NCBI RefSeq assembly: GCF_033153115.1 | Contig: NW_026889806.1 | Span: forward strand, 558,001-622,000 | Direction of reading: 5' to 3' | Origin: Saccostrea echinata | Taxonomy: Eukaryota | DNA length: 64,000 bases | Shown here: positions 60,313-64,000 of the stretch, one piece after another | Layout of the letters: every line of letters starts with the position of its first letter | How positions within the stretch are numbered: position 1 is the stretch's first letter | The notes under the pieces: generated by a model | The model's input: only the letters and a program-made list of their open reading frames with translations | What the model was told of the DNA's origin: nothing | The model's database searches: none | Made by a program: the position numbers and the translations under genes

Positions 60313-63300
60313 TCAGGTCAGTGCTTTTAATATGCTAATTCTTTCATTTGTCAAAAATGTCCTTATTAATTTTTCAACTGGTTCTTCACTGCGTCCAACT
60401 TGCTTTACCATGGTTTGTTTAAAATCCTCTTTGACTCCCTTGTTAACTCCCCTTGTCACTGTTCTCTGTCTAGAAAAAAAAGTACATTTTTATTCCTGCA
60501 TGTGAAGAAGCAAACAATGAAATACAAGACAGAGTTTATTCTCATAATTATGGTATAAATCTTGACTTTAAATATAGCTTACTGAGAGATAACTTTTACA
60601 CTGGTTGGCAAAATATCAAGATTCACTTTTCCTCCTTCTGATGTTTTCAGAAATGCAAATTCTTCCAGGATATCAACATCTGTGGTCAGAGTCAAGGTTA
60701 AAACAAAGCATAAATGCTAACAATGCATTTAACATTTCAATTTAGGAAAATAATTCAGAGGAGGTGTATGAAGTGAAAAATAATAGTAGACACATTTAAT
60801 AAAGTAAAAGTGTTCAAAATGAAACCAACTCAGTAGAGGTGTATGAATTGATGACACGCAGCCATGTGCAAAATTTAAGTGCCACAAAAGTAAAGGTCAA
60901 ATCTACTGCATTGCATGTGCATGTCAAGGTCATGAGACTTATCTATAGCACAGCACTCCTAAACAACACTGAATTGGAGAATGCAGGTAAGGAAAATTTT
61001 CAAATTGTCTTTTTCTGAAGATTGTATCAAAACCTAGGTCTTCCGACATTCCACTTCTTGGTAACTTGTTCAATTTATATGCATAAGTGTACAACAAAAA
61101 GGAAGAAGTGAAGCAATATTTTTGTTTTAGATCAGACAAAAATTATTTTTTCTCCATAAAAGTAGATTCTTCAGGTTCTGAAACCTGTAACTTTATGAAA
61201 CCTTATAAGAATTGTACAAAATTTGCATGGGCAATGCAGAAATTCTACTTTTGTCAATTTTCCTTTTTTTTTCATAAAAAATCTCACCTCCTTAATACTA
61301 GTTTTTCGTCAAAGGGAGATAAATTTGAAGTAATGAGAATGCAAGATAAACTTGTGTGTATGCATGCTGGTAGTGTAACTGTTCAGGAATATATCTTTAG
61401 AAACCAAATGACTACACATCACAATATTCATTAAAATAGGTGGAAACTGTAGAAAACCCATCCTTTGGCATGAGACTCTTGAATCAACATGTTGTTTTAT
61501 CCATTTTTGAGGTTTTATGAGCTATGAGCTAGCTCTTGCATTACTTACTTTTTTAACAACTTTTTTTGTGTAGCATAAGACCAGAAGCTCCATCTTTAAA
61601 AGATCTGTGTTATGTACAGTAATGTCAAAGAAAGTCACTCCAAAACCAAAGGATACTTATAACATAATTGAAAAACTGATTGTATACAAGGCTGTTTTGC
61701 AGTATGACTTTCTTCAGGACTTCATAGAACAGAGCTTCAGACTTTGGCCAATCATACTGCAATAACACCACCATGTGACCTAGTGATGTATCATCACCTT
61801 TAGAGGAAAATGCTTTAGACTGAAAAAAAGAAGACTGACAATAATAAAAATAGATTAGGTATTTCCTGTTGCACAGAAGAATATAAATTTTCATTGATAG
61901 CAGACAGAGTAATTGCCCTTTATTTATCATGTTGATTTTTTTTTCATTTACAGATGGATAACCATCTGTAACTAAGTTAGCTGCATCTCAAAAACATGCA
62001 TCTAAGTAACACCACGATAAAAACATACATGAATATGCTCTATATCATTCATTACAATTGTACTTGAATTAAAATGGCTGTTTTTCCAATGTACATGTAT
62101 TTGTGTTGCTTTCCCAAAGAGTACAACTTCCTAGATTTTAAGACTGTATCATTAAATGCATTAGCATTTTTCATTCCTTGAGGTAAATACAAGAAGCAGT
62201 AATCCAAAATAATTCTTTCGTTTTTTTTCAGATTACTTATATAGTACCTTAAGAGCAGCTAGAAGTAACTGTATACAGTATGGGAGAATCTCCGCTTCTG
62301 TGCACTTTGTCAACCAGAGTTGTCTGCCCTTAGCTCCTGTGGGCTCTGACAGATTTGAGATGGGCAACCTGTCATGTGTGTATGGCAGATCTTTGATTAC
62401 ATTCAACACCAACTCACAGGCTTTCTAGAAAATAGGTTTACAAACAAAATTCAACACATTATATGGTTCATAGACTCTATGTACATGTATTGTTACCAAA
62501 CACTAAATACAAAAATTCTTATTACTGTGTTACAGTAACTAAGATGCGTGTGTTACCTGTACTTTAAGTACTTTTGAGGTACTCACTGAATATTTCTGCA
62601 GACAATAAAAGCAGCATGCCATCTGCAGATTACTTCTGAGTTGCATGTTTTCTTTTATGGCAGATGAAAAGTTTTGGAGATGTGCAATGGCATCTGTGAA
62701 GGCACCCTGTTTCAGAAGAAAAACACATGTATTTTCAATATTACTGGGATTTTAAAAGATTGTAAAGAAATGATATAAAACAAGAGGCCCACTGGCCCTA
62801 CTGGTCTCTTGAGTCACCCTACCAATCCTTCATCCTAGCTTTAAGGGCGAAAATATCTTCTTGAACCTTCACAATATAGGAATGATTAGATATTACAAGT
62901 AATTTGAAAATTTGTAGTCTTTACCAGTATGTAGACTGACATTTTTACACACTTTTTTTACCATCAAATGTTACTGAAAGCTATAGCAGTCTCCTTTTGC
63001 CCCATCCTAGCCTTTGGTGAATGACTATTTGCATAAACTTAAATCTACACTCCATATGGATACTTCAATATCATATTGAGTGACTGTGAACCTGCTATTC
63101 TTGAGGAGATATTTAGATATTATATCCTGTATAATCCTTTGTAATATTTCAATGCCCTTCTGGGGCTAAATATCAAACCTGGAAGTAATTTATTAGTTTT
63201 CTCCCCTTGGAAGTGGGAATGGCTTTCTTTTGAATAAATTCAAATCCTCTTCAACTAGTGATCCTGAGCCCTTTTTTTGAATTAATTTTGGTTAGTGGTT

Positions 63301-64000
63301 CTTGAAAGGCAACATAACCAAAGCTCACTAGCTTTCTTCACATTGATAGATGACAATCTGTTATTATAGCTTGGAATTACATGTATTGTTTCAGAATAAA
63401 GCTTTCAAATGCTTTCTGATGGAAATGGAACCAATCAGAGTTTTAAAAGCTATAAAACCTGAATACCAGTTCCCATCATACCTGATAAATGAGCATGTCT
63501 GTCTGGAAATGTCCCATCCAGGTCCAGGTCTCCATGTGCCATATCTCACACAGCTTCATAAATTCTGATAATAAATCAAGCCATTATAGAATTTTATCTA
63601 CTAAACATTTAATTTAAGCTTGTTCTACCATTTAAGTTTACCCATACCTAATAAACAAATACCATCTTATAAATGAAATTTGTCTAAGAGCAATGAACAT
63701 ACATTTATACGTACACAAGTAATAAAAATTGATATCAATACATTGATGAAACTTTGCAGTAGAAACTGGTTACTTTATTTATAGATCTCAACCTGTTTGC
63801 AGTTCTGTTGTTGAGTGCATGAGCTCATAACATTTGAATGCTGTGGTAAAACTATTGATAATTTTGCTGGAGTTTGTGAGACACTCTGCTCCTACTATTG
63901 TAGGATTGCCATCTGCTTGTACTTTCACTTTCTTTGCTCTGTGAAACAAACATTTTCTGTTAGCAATGCACTGCTTTAAATTTTCCGACATGATGTGCAA
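60313..64000 (-). CDS. INTS10: Integrator complex subunit 10, 3' portion (5' end lies beyond the window)
   Basis: Exons >64000-63793, 63564-63482, 62706-62587, 62424-62248, 61819-61657, 60679-60583 and 60469-60313 are in frame. Motifs: [80 protein letters not shown], terminal ILKALT*. Confidence 0.92.
60680..61656 (-). other. U12-type (minor spliceosome) GT-AG intron in INTS10
   Basis: 5' splice site GTATCCTTT (61656-61648). Branch CCTTGAC (60697-60691) with the A 13 nt from the 3' end. No polypyrimidine tract before CAG. Confidence 0.88.
62779..63330 (-). mobile_element. Degenerate HINE in an INTS10 intron
   Basis: It begins aacaagaggcccactggcc, the reverse complement of the family tail ggcc...gggcctcttgtt. 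Degenerate Cg170-like body follows. Confidence 0.55.

Overview
This is AT-rich eukaryotic genomic DNA, most likely from an oyster or related bivalve. That assignment is inferred from abundant Cg170-like, Helentron-associated (HINE) repeats. Five spliced genes were reconstructed by hand with frame-consistent GT-AG junctions: NDUFA5 (-, single coding exon), SURF1 (+, 8 exons, head-to-head with NDUFA5), GRAMD1/Aster (+, 16 exons), ANAPC15 (-, 3 coding exons) and the 3' part of INTS10 (-, 7 exons, one U12-type intron). Introns and intergenic DNA are packed with non-autonomous mobile elements, many with exact target-site duplications (TSDs). These include HINEs carrying different satellite arrays, a 4.2-kb non-coding piggyBac, a hAT, mariner-type MITEs, nested 9-bp-TSD (AcademH-like) elements, a Penelope-like RT remnant and a Deu/Nin-type SINE. 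The most unusual object is a ~340-bp TRIM LTR retroelement whose LTRs contain a tRNA cloverleaf (Helenus-type), with related solo LTRs elsewhere in the window. There is no prokaryote-type system such as CRISPR. A 196-N assembly gap lies at 59388-59583. Family names rest on my recall of homologues, not on database searches.
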